A DNA stretch of 63,766 nt, counting the filler, from Olpidium bornovanus S191 (lineage: Eukaryota > Fungi > Olpidiomycota): assembly GCA_017911155.1 (NCBI GenBank). It is 26 parts of 26 records of this genome, joined end to end, with 100 filler letters (N's around TTAATTAATTAA, not from the genome) between each part and the next. Parts side by side here need not be neighbours in the genome. Positions count along the whole stretch, not along the records: positions 10,073 to 12,765 come from JAEFCI010001219.1; positions 12,866 to 13,913 come from JAEFCI010002600.1; positions 14,014 to 15,867 come from JAEFCI010008172.1; positions 15,968 to 17,325 come from JAEFCI010009295.1; positions 17,426 to 21,625 come from JAEFCI010004535.1; positions 21,726 to 25,353 come from JAEFCI010013423.1; 20 more parts are not named here. One strand, written 5' to 3'. The notes below the pieces were generated by a model that saw nothing but the letters and a program-made list of their open reading frames with translations, was not told where the DNA came from and ran no database searches. Shown here piece by piece: positions 11,050 to 22,486 of this stretch (positions are counted from its first letter, which is position 1; each line of letters opens with the position of its first letter). The position numbers and the translations under genes were made by a program.

Positions 11050-12281
11050 ATGCCGTCCCTCGTTGCGCCCCCGACCCGCCCGCCGGTCATCGAGCAGCTT
11101 ATTGAAGGTGTCGACAGGTACAACCCGGACAACTGCGAGCTGCTGGAAAACTACCTGCAGCACCAATGTGCGTCGCGAGAGCACGACCTCATGGCAAACC
11201 TCGCCATCCTGAAGCTGTGAGTCGTGTGGCCCCGCCGGAGGAGCCGCGGAACCCAAGCCGAATGCCGAGAAAGCGTTTTTGGCGGGGGAGCACATGCTGC
11301 CTGCCGCAAACTGCAACGTTGCAGTGTTCTCCCGCGTCCCCCGCGGCAGAACTGGAGTGCCCCGCTTTTGTGTGTGTTCCGCCCTTAGCGCTGCTGGGCT
11401 CTTTGCCTTTGACAACCGGCTCCTTTTCCAGTTACCAGTTCAACCCGGAACTCATTAATATCACGGTGATTTCGAACATCCTGGCCAAGGCGCTCACCGC
11501 CATTCCGCAACCAGACTTCGGCACCTGCCTCTTCATGCTGAACGACACCCTCATGGCAGAGGAGCCGATCGGCAAACTTGTTGCGATGCGCGACCTTCTT
11601 GAGACCGCCCGCTACCGCGACTTCTGGAAGTTTCTCTCGTCGGACGGGGTGGCGGCGAAAGCAGTGGCTGAAGTCACCGGGTTCGAAAATGCCATACGGG
11701 AAGGTGCGTTGGAGAAGCCCGGCGGAAAATGAGGGGGGGGGTCTGCTTAGTGGAGGATCTTGTTTCAATTCGTTTGTTTTTGGTTGCCGGGTACAGGAAG
11801 CCCGTTATGGACTGATACCATATGTCTGGTGCACAAACGGATACTAACCCTACAAATGTGGCATCCGCCGTCAGTGGTAGCGCGCGCAGTTAGCATGACC
11901 TGCCAGTCGATAAGGAGGCGTCGCCTTGAGGAATACATCAACCTGTCAGGCGCGGGATTCGACACGTTTTTGTCGGAGCAAGGTTGGAAACTGGAAGGCG
12001 ACTTGGTACAGATCCCTATTAATAAGGACAACGAGGCCAAGACAACGGTGCTCTCGGAGAACATCAAGTTTGAGCGTACGTACGCTAAGTTTGGTGAACT
12101 GGGCGGGGGCAGGTCGGGCGGAGACGGGGGAGGAGAAGGGAGGGGGAGGGGGGGGGATCGGAAGCAGTAGGCCTGCTCGAAAACTTACTTTCGTTCTACC
12201 CGAATCTTTGCTCTGCAACCTTGGGTTGCCTTGGACTCAGAGCTTACCAATATCATAGGTTACTCGGCGTCGAATATCTGA
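11050..12281 (+). CDS. EIF3K: Translation initiation factor eIF3 subunit K, complete; exons 11050-11216, 11432-11703, 11875-12075, 12241-12281
   Basis: IEGVDRYNP...LENY...DLMANLAILKLYQFNP...KALT..PQPDF..CL...NKDNEAKTTVLSENIKFEQL; introns in phase, CTAAC branch site at about 11844. Confidence 0.94.
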
Positions 12282-13031
12282 TGTTTCTGGGTAGCTCGGA
12301 AAACCAAAATGAGCGCAGATTATACCCTTTGCACGTTCGCATGCCTTTTTTGGATTGGGATGTACCATCGTGCGTGCTGGCTCCTGCATGGGTCGACGCA
12401 TCTTGCCCGACACACTGCTTCTGCAATGGGTCGATGTATCGCCCCCGGTCGGCCGGCAACGAGGCTTGCCGCCATACCGCACGTGCGGCACGACGTGTTG
12501 AACGCGCGCTTGACCACCCTGCGTAAAGATTGGATTGGAGACGGCCGGGGCGAGAGCGGTCGTGGCGGGGGCGGTCGACGCCGGCGCGGTCGAAAGGGCC
12601 GCCAAGGGGAGGGCCTGTCGACGGCGGTTTGACGGCGGTTTGACGGCGGTTCGACGGCGGACGTACCGGGGTCGGGCGCGGGTGTCCCGGAGCCGCGGCG
12701 GCGGCGGCGGCGAGGCGAGGGCATGCGTGGGTCGAAGGCCAAGCAGGGAGGCCGGTCGACGGGAGNNNNNNNNNNNNNNNNNNNNNNNNNNNNNNNNNNN
12801 NNNNNNNNNTTAATTAATTAANNNNNNNNNNNNNNNNNNNNNNNNNNNNNNNNNNNNNNNNNNNNCCGGGGTTGCCGCACGCCATTGGGAATCCGCACGA
12901 GCCGCAGCAGGCCCACGTAAAGGTAACAAATCTCCTCAGAAGCCAACCAGAAACCGAAACATGCAAAAACGTTTTAAAACGTAAAAGTTTTCGTTCATTC
13001 CTATTTTATTCAGCTCCCGTAAAAAGCTGCG

Positions 13032-13913
13032 TCACTCCATCCGTCGGCTCTCGCCGGCGCGGTGGAGCCTCTTGCCAAGCGTTGCGTCGAAAGTTCTCCT
13101 GTTTCCACCGCCGCGACCGCCGCCGCGACCACCGCCGCGACCGCCGACGCCCCTGCCGCGGTATCCGCCGCGACCACCAGGCCCTGCCCGCTGGCCGTAG
13201 CCGCCACGACCGCCACCGCCGTAGCCGCCCTCGGCCGGGTCTCGTCCTTCGCGCTCCTCAATTGCCATCTGATGCTCGACAGCGCGTTCGTTGGCCTCGA
13301 CGAGCGCGTTGGCACGGTCCGCAAACGCCAGCGCCAGAGTTTGCGTCCGTGACAAGTTCACCCGGTGCAGTACCACCAACTTCCTGGTCTCGTCCAGACT
13401 CGCCGCCAGCTCCTCCGAGTGGATCATCTTCGCAACGCACGAGCGCACCGTGTGTTCCGGGATGCCGAACGAAGCAGACAGGTGCGCCACGCTGACCGAC
13501 GAATAGTACGAAGCGTACGTGAACAGGAACGTCCGCAGACCCGCTTCCTGGATCTTGCTGGTCAGCATCGGTTTGTTCTTCTCAAAATCAGCCATCAGCT
13601 CCCAGATCTTGATCGAGTGGATCAGGTCCCGGCACTTCTGCCACTCGCCAACCGCAAGTGCCTTGGACGCGGCCATCACGTGATCACGTGTACTTTCGGG
13701 CGGACCTAAAATCGTTGTCGAGTTCCGTCAAGAACGGCACATCACATCAGGTGTAGCAGCAGCCAGAAGCAAGCAGGACTCTCAGCATTCACCTGTAAAC
13801 ACCTGTCTTTCGTGGTAATCCAGCGCTCTCCGGAACGGCTTGCTAATTGCCTTCTTCCTCGAGTCAGGGCCAGGGCCAAGCTTTGCGATGTTGGGGATTT
13901 CCAGAAGCATGGA
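13032..13913 (-). CDS. EIF3C: Translation initiation factor eIF3 subunit C (NIP1), C-terminal part; exons <13913-13793 and 13705-13032
   Basis: MLLEIPN...KKAISKPFRRALDYHERQVFT/GPPESTRDHVMAASKAL..GEWQKC...KIQEAGLRTFLFTY; PCI domain and RGG-rich tail. Confidence 0.95.
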
Positions 13914-14013
13914 NNNNNNNNNNNNNNNNNNNNNNNNNNNNNNNNNNNNNNNNNNNNTTAATTAATTAANNNNNNNNNNNNNNNNNNNNNNNNNNNNNNN
14001 NNNNNNNNNNNNN

Positions 14014-14810
14014 ACATGTATGCTCAGCTGATATAGCACGGGCGCGCTCACGTGGAGCTGTAGCAATTTTTGCAGAACCGTCTATCTCATCATCGTGTTT
14101 GCTCGCATAGTATTCCGCTGATAGTGCAGGTTTACCGACAAGCACCACATTAAGATCTGATTCGCGGGCGGCGCGCAGCCGAGAACCGAGCTCAAAGGGA
14201 GAATTCGGGACCGCCGCGCCGCCTGAGACGACGTCCCGAACGATTTCGGTGCTCTGACCAGGGTGTAGTGAAGCCGACGCTACTGATCGAGTGTGGAGCA
14301 TCAGTGCGTCTGCGTCACCGGCAGTGCGAGGCCGACTGTTCGTCGCCAAGGACGATGGCATGGCGGGGTAGGCAGTGAGGGGCCTTGACAGGACGTCCCA
14401 CATTGTTTCAACAGTAGTAGCTCTTTGGCTTGCTGGCGGTTGCTGGAGGTCAGCCTGATCAGCACCTGCACTGTCGAAGCCGATCGTGGCATGATGTATC
14501 AAAGCACGCTCGAAGCCCGGGTCCTGCAGGCCGTCCGCCCCCAGAGACTCCGGTTGCGGGCCGCAGACGACGGCGGATGCCGCAGGGCTCTCGGCGCGTC
14601 GTTGGAGGATCTCGGCGTTCCTTTCGAACGCCTGCGACAATACTTTCGGAGTTGAGGGCTGCTGCAGCGCTGAAGTATGGGGCGCGGGGTGGTTGGTGGA
14701 CCTCTGGGGCGCGACAACACCCCTCTTTTCTCTCTGCGACGGCTGCCCTTTGCCCGGCGCAAAGGCAGTGTCGCGGCGGCCGCGAGGCGCACCGGCCGCT
14801 CCCGGCGGGA

Positions 14811-14842
<32 letters not shown>

Positions 14843-15012
14843 GCGTACAGCAGACTGGTCTTTGGCAGCTTCACGAGGTGCTGGGGCGGCTTGATCCTGC
14901 TGCGGCGCTTTGGGCCAACGGGGCTGTCCCGGCACGCTTGGCTCTGCTTGGTTACGACGTCCAGGAAGCTCGGAAGCGAGAGCGAGAGTACTGGCACTCC
15001 GAGGTCCGCCAT
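14014..15012 (-). CDS. Unknown protein with polyQ tract, open to contig end; probably has upstream exons
   Basis: About 333-codon open frame with a Q10 run and non-repetitive protein-like C-terminal half; no family recognised. Confidence 0.5.
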
Positions 15013-16309
15013 GCTGCTCTTGCTACCCGCCCAGCAGCGACAGTTGGCTTTCGGTCGTCGAGACCAGACGAGAACGGCGAGTACGTTTTGGCCAAAAAAT
15101 TTTTTTTTTTGAGAAAGTTTTTTTTTTTTTTTTTTTCGGGAGCTTGGAGGCTAGACCCACACCGTTTTTGCATCGTACGGGCGACTTCTCTCGAGTTGAA
15201 CACCTCCTACTGGTACTTTCCAACGTTTCGGATCCTACGCTGAAAACTCGCTGGATAACTCTGTTTTTGAGTATCCCGTACGACCCGCTTCTTGAGTTTC
15301 GCGTGTACCGCCAACGGCTTTAATCGAGAAGAAAAGCAGCTTTACACCCTATTTTTGGTGCGAAAAACAAGATTCTCCCTAAATGTCTCGGCGGGTCGAT
15401 AACAGCGCGTTTTTGGTTCGGCAAAACAGTCAACGAGAATGCTGTACAAAGTCTATCTGGCGGCAATAGACAAATCTGCATCAAACGACGCCCCTGTTGT
15501 GTTTCGGAGCCGGAGAAGTAGAGCGCCACATCGGGCGCGTTCCCCACAGAGGCAAGGAAAGGCCGTGCAAAAAACTTCCGTCCGTCTGTATTCAGGCTAT
15601 ACCTACTCTAGGCCTCTTTTATGTGGGGGGCCGATAGGGATACTGCTGCGAACGGAAACGGGGAGGGGGGGGGGGGCGTAGTGCCGCTGCGCCAGTGGGC
15701 CCCTTTTGTTTCTCTGAATCCCGCCTCACCTAGCACTCCTAGCCCCCATGGTCACCCATAGAACAGAGCAATGATGTCTCTCTACCGTATGGAGATTTAC
15801 TCTCGCGCGGTTTCACGTTTGCGTTGTACGCCCTGCCTGCGGTTGCCCCGCCAGAGCTCTATTCCTCNNNNNNNNNNNNNNNNNNNNNNNNNNNNNNNNN
15901 NNNNNNNNNNNTTAATTAATTAANNNNNNNNNNNNNNNNNNNNNNNNNNNNNNNNNNNNNNNNNNNNCCAGGTTTCGCGCGCTTGGGGAGAAAGCGAAAG
16001 TGATAAAGATGGCCATGCCTCTTGTTGCGTCCGTCCGAAGTTTTACTTCACCAGCGCACCCGCCGGACCGTTACAACCCCGTCCCCCCCTTCCCCCCCCC
16101 CCCCCCCCCTCCCCCCCCCCCCCCCCCCCCTTCCCCCCCCCCCTTCGCTCCCCCCACGCCCCCGCAAGCGTCGCAGTTTTCCACCTGGCAAACGCACCTG
16201 CTGCTTTTCTGGACCGTCGCCGGACGACTTCTAGGGCTGGCGTCCATAGGGTTTTGCGTTTTGCGCGGCGGCGCCTGCCTGTCCCTTCGCCGTTAACTCT
16301 GCTCGCACG

Positions 16310-16374
16310 CACACACACTCTCTCACTTAACTCTCTCTCTCGCTGCCGTTCTCTCTCTCTCTCTCTCTCGCTGC

Positions 16375-16416
<42 letters not shown>

Positions 16417-16463
16417 CTCTCTTTCTCTCTCTGCTCTCTCTCTGCTCTCTCTCTGCTCTCTCT

Positions 16464-16535
<72 letters not shown>

Positions 16536-16679
16536 TCTCTCGCTCTCTCTCTCTCTCCTCTCTCTGTCTCTCTCTCCGTGAGTGAGTTTGTGGCTCTACC
16601 ACGCGGTCGCGTTCTCTCTCTCTCTTATTGAGAGAAAGAGCTGGCTGAGCGATTCTCTCTCTCTCTTTTTTTCTCTTCT

Positions 16680-16690
<11 letters not shown>
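16310..16690. repeat. Long (CT)n/(GA)n microsatellite with interruptions
   Basis: About 370 nt of nearly pure CT dinucleotides, followed by a T run. Confidence 0.9.
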
Positions 16691-16729
<39 letters not shown>

Positions 16730-17425
16730 CTTTTTCCCCCCCTTTTTTTTTTTCTCAAAAAAACCCTTCCCCGCGGCAACGCGCGTTCCTTTTTTTTTTT
16801 TTTTGTTCTTTTAATATCCTGCACTTACGCTTAACGCACGCGTCATGATTCAGAGAGACTGCCTTTCGGTTCCCCCCCCCCCCACCTTGACCCCCCACCT
16901 CTTAACACGATCATCACACATTGCGGGGGAACATTATTTCCAAAGCCTCTTCCTTCCCTATCTCCCCCCTTCCCCCCGCCCCCTTCCTTCCATCATCCAT
17001 TTTTTTTTTCTTCTTCTTTTCATGTTCTCGGCATTTTGTGTGCCCGCGTGGCCTCGTGCGACCCATAATGCGCCGCTGCGGCAAAATGGTGTTTTCAAGT
17101 TTGATGCAAATCGCGCAGACAGGCGCGCGCTCACAAACACCTCAGTGGTGGGGAGGGGGGAGGTGAGGGGGGGGGGGGGGGGGGGGGCGCCCGGGGGGGG
17201 GGGGGGGGGGGGGGGCGCGGTGTGGGGTGATGGGGAGGGGGTTGAGTTACGGCCTAAAACTGTGGATTCTCTTTCCTTCTCCTCGCCCGCACTCAGTTAT
17301 GCCACTCCGTCGACCGAACCGCGGANNNNNNNNNNNNNNNNNNNNNNNNNNNNNNNNNNNNNNNNNNNNTTAATTAATTAANNNNNNNNNNNNNNNNNNN
17401 NNNNNNNNNNNNNNNNNNNNNNNNN

Positions 17426-19177
17426 CATGCGACAAGCCCAAAAGGCCAGCTGAGAACCCTATTGACGGAACGCGCAGGAAAACGGTTTGCACGCGTGCAA
17501 CAGGGGAAGGTGCCGGGACTTAGCCGCTTCTCGTACGGCACCGCGAGTCACCTTTATAATAACCCCGCAATCCCTCTTCCCTGAAAATCTTCCCGAAGGC
17601 GTGGCACGTTGACTTGTAATGTCGGTCGTGCGTGTGGTGTTGCACCTGCTCGAAACGGCGAGAAGCGCTGGAGAGGGTGAACACACGCGGCGCGCCACGA
17701 GCGAAAGGTGCGCGGAGAAGCAACCTTACCATCAGCCGCGTCTTAATGACCCACAACGGGTTTGTGCACGCGCCGGTGATGGCGCCAGCGGCTATCGCAC
17801 TAGCGCACGCGGGGAAAGAGATGCCAAGAAAATCGTGGCGTGTGAAAACCGGCGGCTCGGCAGGCTCCCAACAGCTGCTGGACACAGACAAGCGTACTCG
17901 ACGTCGTCAGGACGAAAACGCACGCTGACAGATGTACAACTGGATTGCTTTCCATGCGCCGCGCCCGGATACCTTTTTTTTTAACCAAGCGCAAACCGTC
18001 ATTAGCGAGTGACAGAGCTACCGTTGCAGATCCACGACGCCAGAATTGTCCAAAAAGGAGAGCGACCATCGTATGGAACAATACGAACATTCGGAACCTC
18101 TAATTGATGCTTTCAAGAAATCGTATGTGGGCCAGTATATCGCCCATGTGGGTATCAACCCGAACAAAGTCGGGCCCAGACCGCGGTAGAGGCCCCGCGG
18201 TCCCTCTCTGGCTAATATAGTTCGTAGCGCGTCTGGATCCGAGAAGACCGAGAAGTAAAACGGCGGACGGCGAACGGAAAATTACGTAAAAAGTCTGGCG
18301 TGTTACGAAGAAATGGAACAGCCTTGGTACACGCGCTGTCTTCCGTGGAATGCGCGGGGACGGACCAGTTATGCCGCTGTACGGCCTTCCAGCTACCAAT
18401 CCAGGCGTCTGCGCTTGAAGTCTTTGGGGCAGAAGCCAACAACGTCAGCGAAGACGATTCCGAAACGACGCGGTACAGAGCGCGCGTTTTTGGCCCGCCG
18501 CGCGCGGACGGTTCTGCGGGTTGGCCGTCCTCCTCCGCCTTTTCCCCGGCCCACCGCCCGAGTTCAAGAACAGAAAAAGTGCGACGGACGGTCAAACCCA
18601 TGGCGTCGAACCCTTTCTCGTGTGGTCCGCCGGTTGTCCGTTAAACAACACGCGTTCGCTTCAACGGCGGTCCTCCTCAGTGATCGCGAGTTCCTGCAAC
18701 ACGCCCCGCCGCGGCGCCCGGGGTTCCTCACCTGGTTTTCACGACCTCCAGCGGCGCGACCAGTAGCGCGGCAGAGCAGCCGGACAGGATGCCAGCAACG
18801 GTGCTCGAAACGAACTCCAGCCCCCCCGGCAAGGCCCTCGGCGGCGGCTGGAGCGGCGGGTGGGGGCTTCGCCCGCTCTCCGACGTCGCCGGCGGCCACG
18901 CCGCCCCCTGGGAGTTCGCCGGCACCTCTTCAGCAGAGGGCTGCGGGGTGGACGCCGCCGACAGTGCCGGCGCCGGCGGATTGCCGTAGTCGTCGTCGTC
19001 CTTCCGCCAGTGGCTGTCTTGCCAGGGGAAGTGGTCGCCGGCGGTTCCGCAGTGCCCGCTCTCGCTCTCCGTCTCCGAAAGCCGCCGTGTGAGATGGGTC
19101 CAGGCGCCGCTCCTGGCGCCATTCTCTGGGGCCCCACCGCCGCCGCCGCTCTCGCCAGACCGCCCGCTCCCCGCCAT
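17426..19177 (-). CDS. Mitochondrial carrier (SLC25), NAD+/folate/FAD transporter subgroup (Ndt1/Yia6-like), 3' truncated
   Basis: Spliced motifs APLEVVKTR/LQAQ, REGPRGLYRGLGPTLFGLIPTWAIYWPTYDFLK, TNPLWVIKTRLM, REEGLRGYYKG/FSAGLLGLSH; Px[DE]xx[KR]xR carrier signature. Start ATG at 19177 inferred. Confidence 0.88.
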
Positions 19178-19264
19178 GGCGAGCGACGGCTTTTTGTCCT
19201 CTGTCACTTGCTTTGTGAGGCGCGGAGGGGCCCGATCTTATTCGCAGAGGGAAAAATGACGAGC

Positions 19265-19274
19265 GTCACGTGAC
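19265..19274. promoter_or_regulatory. Perfect palindromic E-box GTCACGTGAC in the divergent promoter between the carrier and TTLL9 genes
   Basis: 10-bp palindrome about 90 nt upstream of the carrier ATG; matches the Cbf1/USF-type bHLH consensus. Function not shown. Confidence 0.4.
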
Positions 19275-19985
19275 AGGACCGCGGGGTAACCACACCCCCC
19301 TCATCACTGCTCCGTGCCACCGCGGCGCGCGCCGGCCGTTCGGCAGTGAATACCGGCGCTGCCGGCGGTTTGCCCTTCGCTGGTGCTCGAGAGCTTCGGC
19401 GAGGCGTCGCGGGGCCGCGCGGGAGATCCCCCGGCACCGCGTGTCTTTAAACACAGGTTTTCTCTCGCCGAGCGTAGCTTTGGCGGGCGCAGCTGCAGTG
19501 CGCGGATGAACGTGACACCCACCCGTCACCCGCCCGAACCCTACACGCGAGAAAGACGCGAGCCATTTATGGACGTCTACCATTATCTCCGCCTCCCCCC
19601 CCGCCCCCCACCCGACCACCCCTCCACCTCCCTCCCTCCCCGCCCCGGCAATGATAAATTCCCATTCCGCGTCTGAATGTGCTGTTTGAGGCGTGTTCAC
19701 AGTCAGACGGCGATGACAGGCGTTTATGTGTCCTGCAACGTCGGGCGGATTTTGCGTTCATCTCATCGGGGGGAGGGGCCGACGAGATGGGGAGGAGGGG
19801 TGAAAGGGTTGTGTTGGGGGCGCGACCGCGCGTAAATTCCCCCCCGCCTCCGCCCGCCCGCCCCCGACCACTCCCCGCCACCACTCTCCGCTGTCCCCGC
19901 CCCGCGTGGCAATCGGTGTCCGCCCCACACACCCTCATATTTTTTTTTTCTCCTTGGAGGCCTCCAGGAAGACGCTCGCGGGGCC

Positions 19986-21440
19986 ATGTTGCCTTCGGGC
20001 CCGTCCGACAGGCGGCCCGGCGGCGGCGGCGCGGACGTTTTGGGCAACGACGGAGCAACGAATGGCGGGCCTCTCGCGGCCGCGGGCCACGGCGGGATCG
20101 CAGGGTAACGTGTGCTTTTCCTTTTTTTTTTCTTTTTTTTTTTGATCCGGCGCCAATTTTTTTTTTTTCGGCCCTTTGCAACAACCGCAACTCGACCCGG
20201 CGCAGGCTTACGCAAGGACCGTCCGGATCCTCAGCGATGTCAAGCTCGCGGCCGGGCCGCAGAATCCGCCGCCGCCGGCGGGATCCGCGGCGCCGCCGGT
20301 ATCCGTCCGTTTCCGGTCGTCGATCCGCAACACCGTTCTCGACGTGATGCGGGACAGGGGATGGAAGGAGGTCGACAGGTGCGGGGGGCGGCAGAGCCGC
20401 CGGTTTTCGTGCCGGCGGGGGTCACACGCCGCGGTAACTTTCGCGACGGCTTTACACCCCTCCCTCCCGGTACCACGCCAGCGACAGTGACGACTGGGAT
20501 TTCTTCTGGGCGGACGTGCAATGGGTCCACGAAAACTTTGACAGGATGCACCTCGGCGAAAACCAGCGCATCAACCATTTCCGCAACCATTACGAGGTTG
20601 CGTTCGGATACTTGCCGAGAAGAAAAAGTTGCGCGGCTGAGAGCGCAAACATGCCGGGCCCCTGAGGGCGGCAGGCGAATAACGAAAAAAAAAACCCGTA
20701 ATTGCGGTCCGGGTGGGGGTGGGGAAGGGAGAAGAGAGGGGGGAGAAGGGGGGAGTTGGTGGCTTTGAACTGAAAAAAATGCTTGTTTTCTCTTGTCCCG
20801 CTTTGTTCTTGATGGCGTCCTTTTTTTTCGGATCGTTTCAGCTGACTCGCAAGGACCTCCTGGCGAAAAACATGAAACGGATTATCCGGATAACGGAGAA
20901 AGAACACGGGAAACAGAAATCGGCCAAGTTCGAATTCATGGCCACGTCCTACGTGCTGCCGCAGGAACACGCGCTGTTTCAAGAGGAATTTAAACGTAAC
21001 AAGGGATCAATATGGATCATGAAGCCGGTAAGGGGCGGGGAAGCATGGGCCCCGGGCAAATTTACACGCTCTCACAATCGTACTCCGATGGTCCCTGACC
21101 ACACCCCCCCCCTCTCACACCCCCCCCCTCCCCCGGTCTTTCCCCAATCCTCCCAACCTTACGTGGTCCCACCCAAACTCTCAAAAAAAAATCTTTGGCC
21201 TACCCGCGGCGCGGCAGGTGGGAAAGGCGCAGGGCAAAGGCATTTTTCTGGTGAACAAAATGTCGCAGATCTCGCAGTGGCGGCAGAACCCGCAGGCCCG
21301 GGCGGCGGCGGCGAGGAAGAGCATTCTGGAGGGAAAGGTTTCCCCCACGGCGGCCGGCGGCGGCGGCGGCGGCGGCGACTCCGACGGGCCCGAAGCGTAC
21401 ATCGTGCAGAAATACATCGAGAACCCGTACCTCATCGGCG
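19986..21440 (+). CDS. TTLL9: Tubulin polyglutamylase, TTLL9-like, 3' truncated; exons about 19986-20104, 20235-20378, about 20482-20596, 20842-21027, 21218-21440
   Basis: VRFRSSIRNTVLDVMRDRGW.EV, DWDFFWADVQW, QRINHFRNHYELTRKDLLAKNMKR, WIMKP/VGKAQGKGIFL, YIVQKYIENPYLIGG follow the TTLL9 sequence as I recall it. TTLL1 is a less likely alternative. Confidence 0.85.
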
Positions 21441-21875
21441 GTACGGGTCCGCGCGCGCCTTCTGCTTGGCAAACCCGGGGGAGGGCGGGGGGGGGGGGGA
21501 AGGGGGGGGGAAGGGAAAAAATGGGGTAAAATTTTATTTTATTTTTTGATTTAACTTAATTCCCCCCCCCCTTTTTTTTCCGCTTTCGGGCGTCCCCTCG
21601 ACGGCGAAACCATTCGGGGCCTTACNNNNNNNNNNNNNNNNNNNNNNNNNNNNNNNNNNNNNNNNNNNNTTAATTAATTAANNNNNNNNNNNNNNNNNNN
21701 NNNNNNNNNNNNNNNNNNNNNNNNNCGGTGCGAGCGATCGCTGAGTAGTTTAAGGGCTCCGTTGGAGGCACGTCTTGACGGAGGAATAAAGTCAAATATT
21801 TGTTACAAAATCAGCCAAAAAAAAAAAAAAAAAAAGCGGGAAACGGGGGGTCGCCCCGGGTTATTTCTTTTTTTT

Positions 21876-21913
<38 letters not shown>

Positions 21914-21936
21914 TTTTTTTTTTTTTTTTTTTTTGT

Positions 21937-21971
<35 letters not shown>

Positions 21972-22486
21972 TTTTTGTGGGGGGTGGGGGTGGGGGGGGG
22001 ACGTTGTGCTGGCTAAATCCCGTTGACGTCGCACCGCCGGGAAAAAAAGAAAAAAAAAAAAAAAACCCCTGCGCAACATCAAATTGCGAGCAAGCCGAGG
22101 GGCCGGCGACGCGGCGCAAAATTCTTCTCTCGTGGAAACCAAGAACACACACCCCGCTCGTCAGCCACTGCGATTTGGGGCGAGGAGGAGGGAGCGGGGG
22201 TGGGAGTAAGCCGATCCTCGCAACACTAGACGTTCTGTCCCATTGCACGCCGCCCCACTTCCAGATCGGCGGCTCCGCTCCCTTTCTGCGATCTCGCCGT
22301 TGACCGGAGAACGTCCCGCCTCCGGTCACCCTGGACCCTGCCGCTTTCCGTCCCAGCGGGCCGAAGACAGAGCCGGCATTCGATCCGCATCACTAGTGGG
22401 GCTTTTGAAGCACCACGCGAAACCAGCTGGGCCCAAAGCCTCGATTTGGCAAACTAGACGGAATTTATGACAAATCCCCGCCCGAA

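Noticed and set aside
11050-13913. eIF3k and eIF3c next to each other, suggesting an eIF3 gene cluster
   Set aside because: They are on different contigs separated by an artificial linker (12766-12865); adjacency cannot be trusted.
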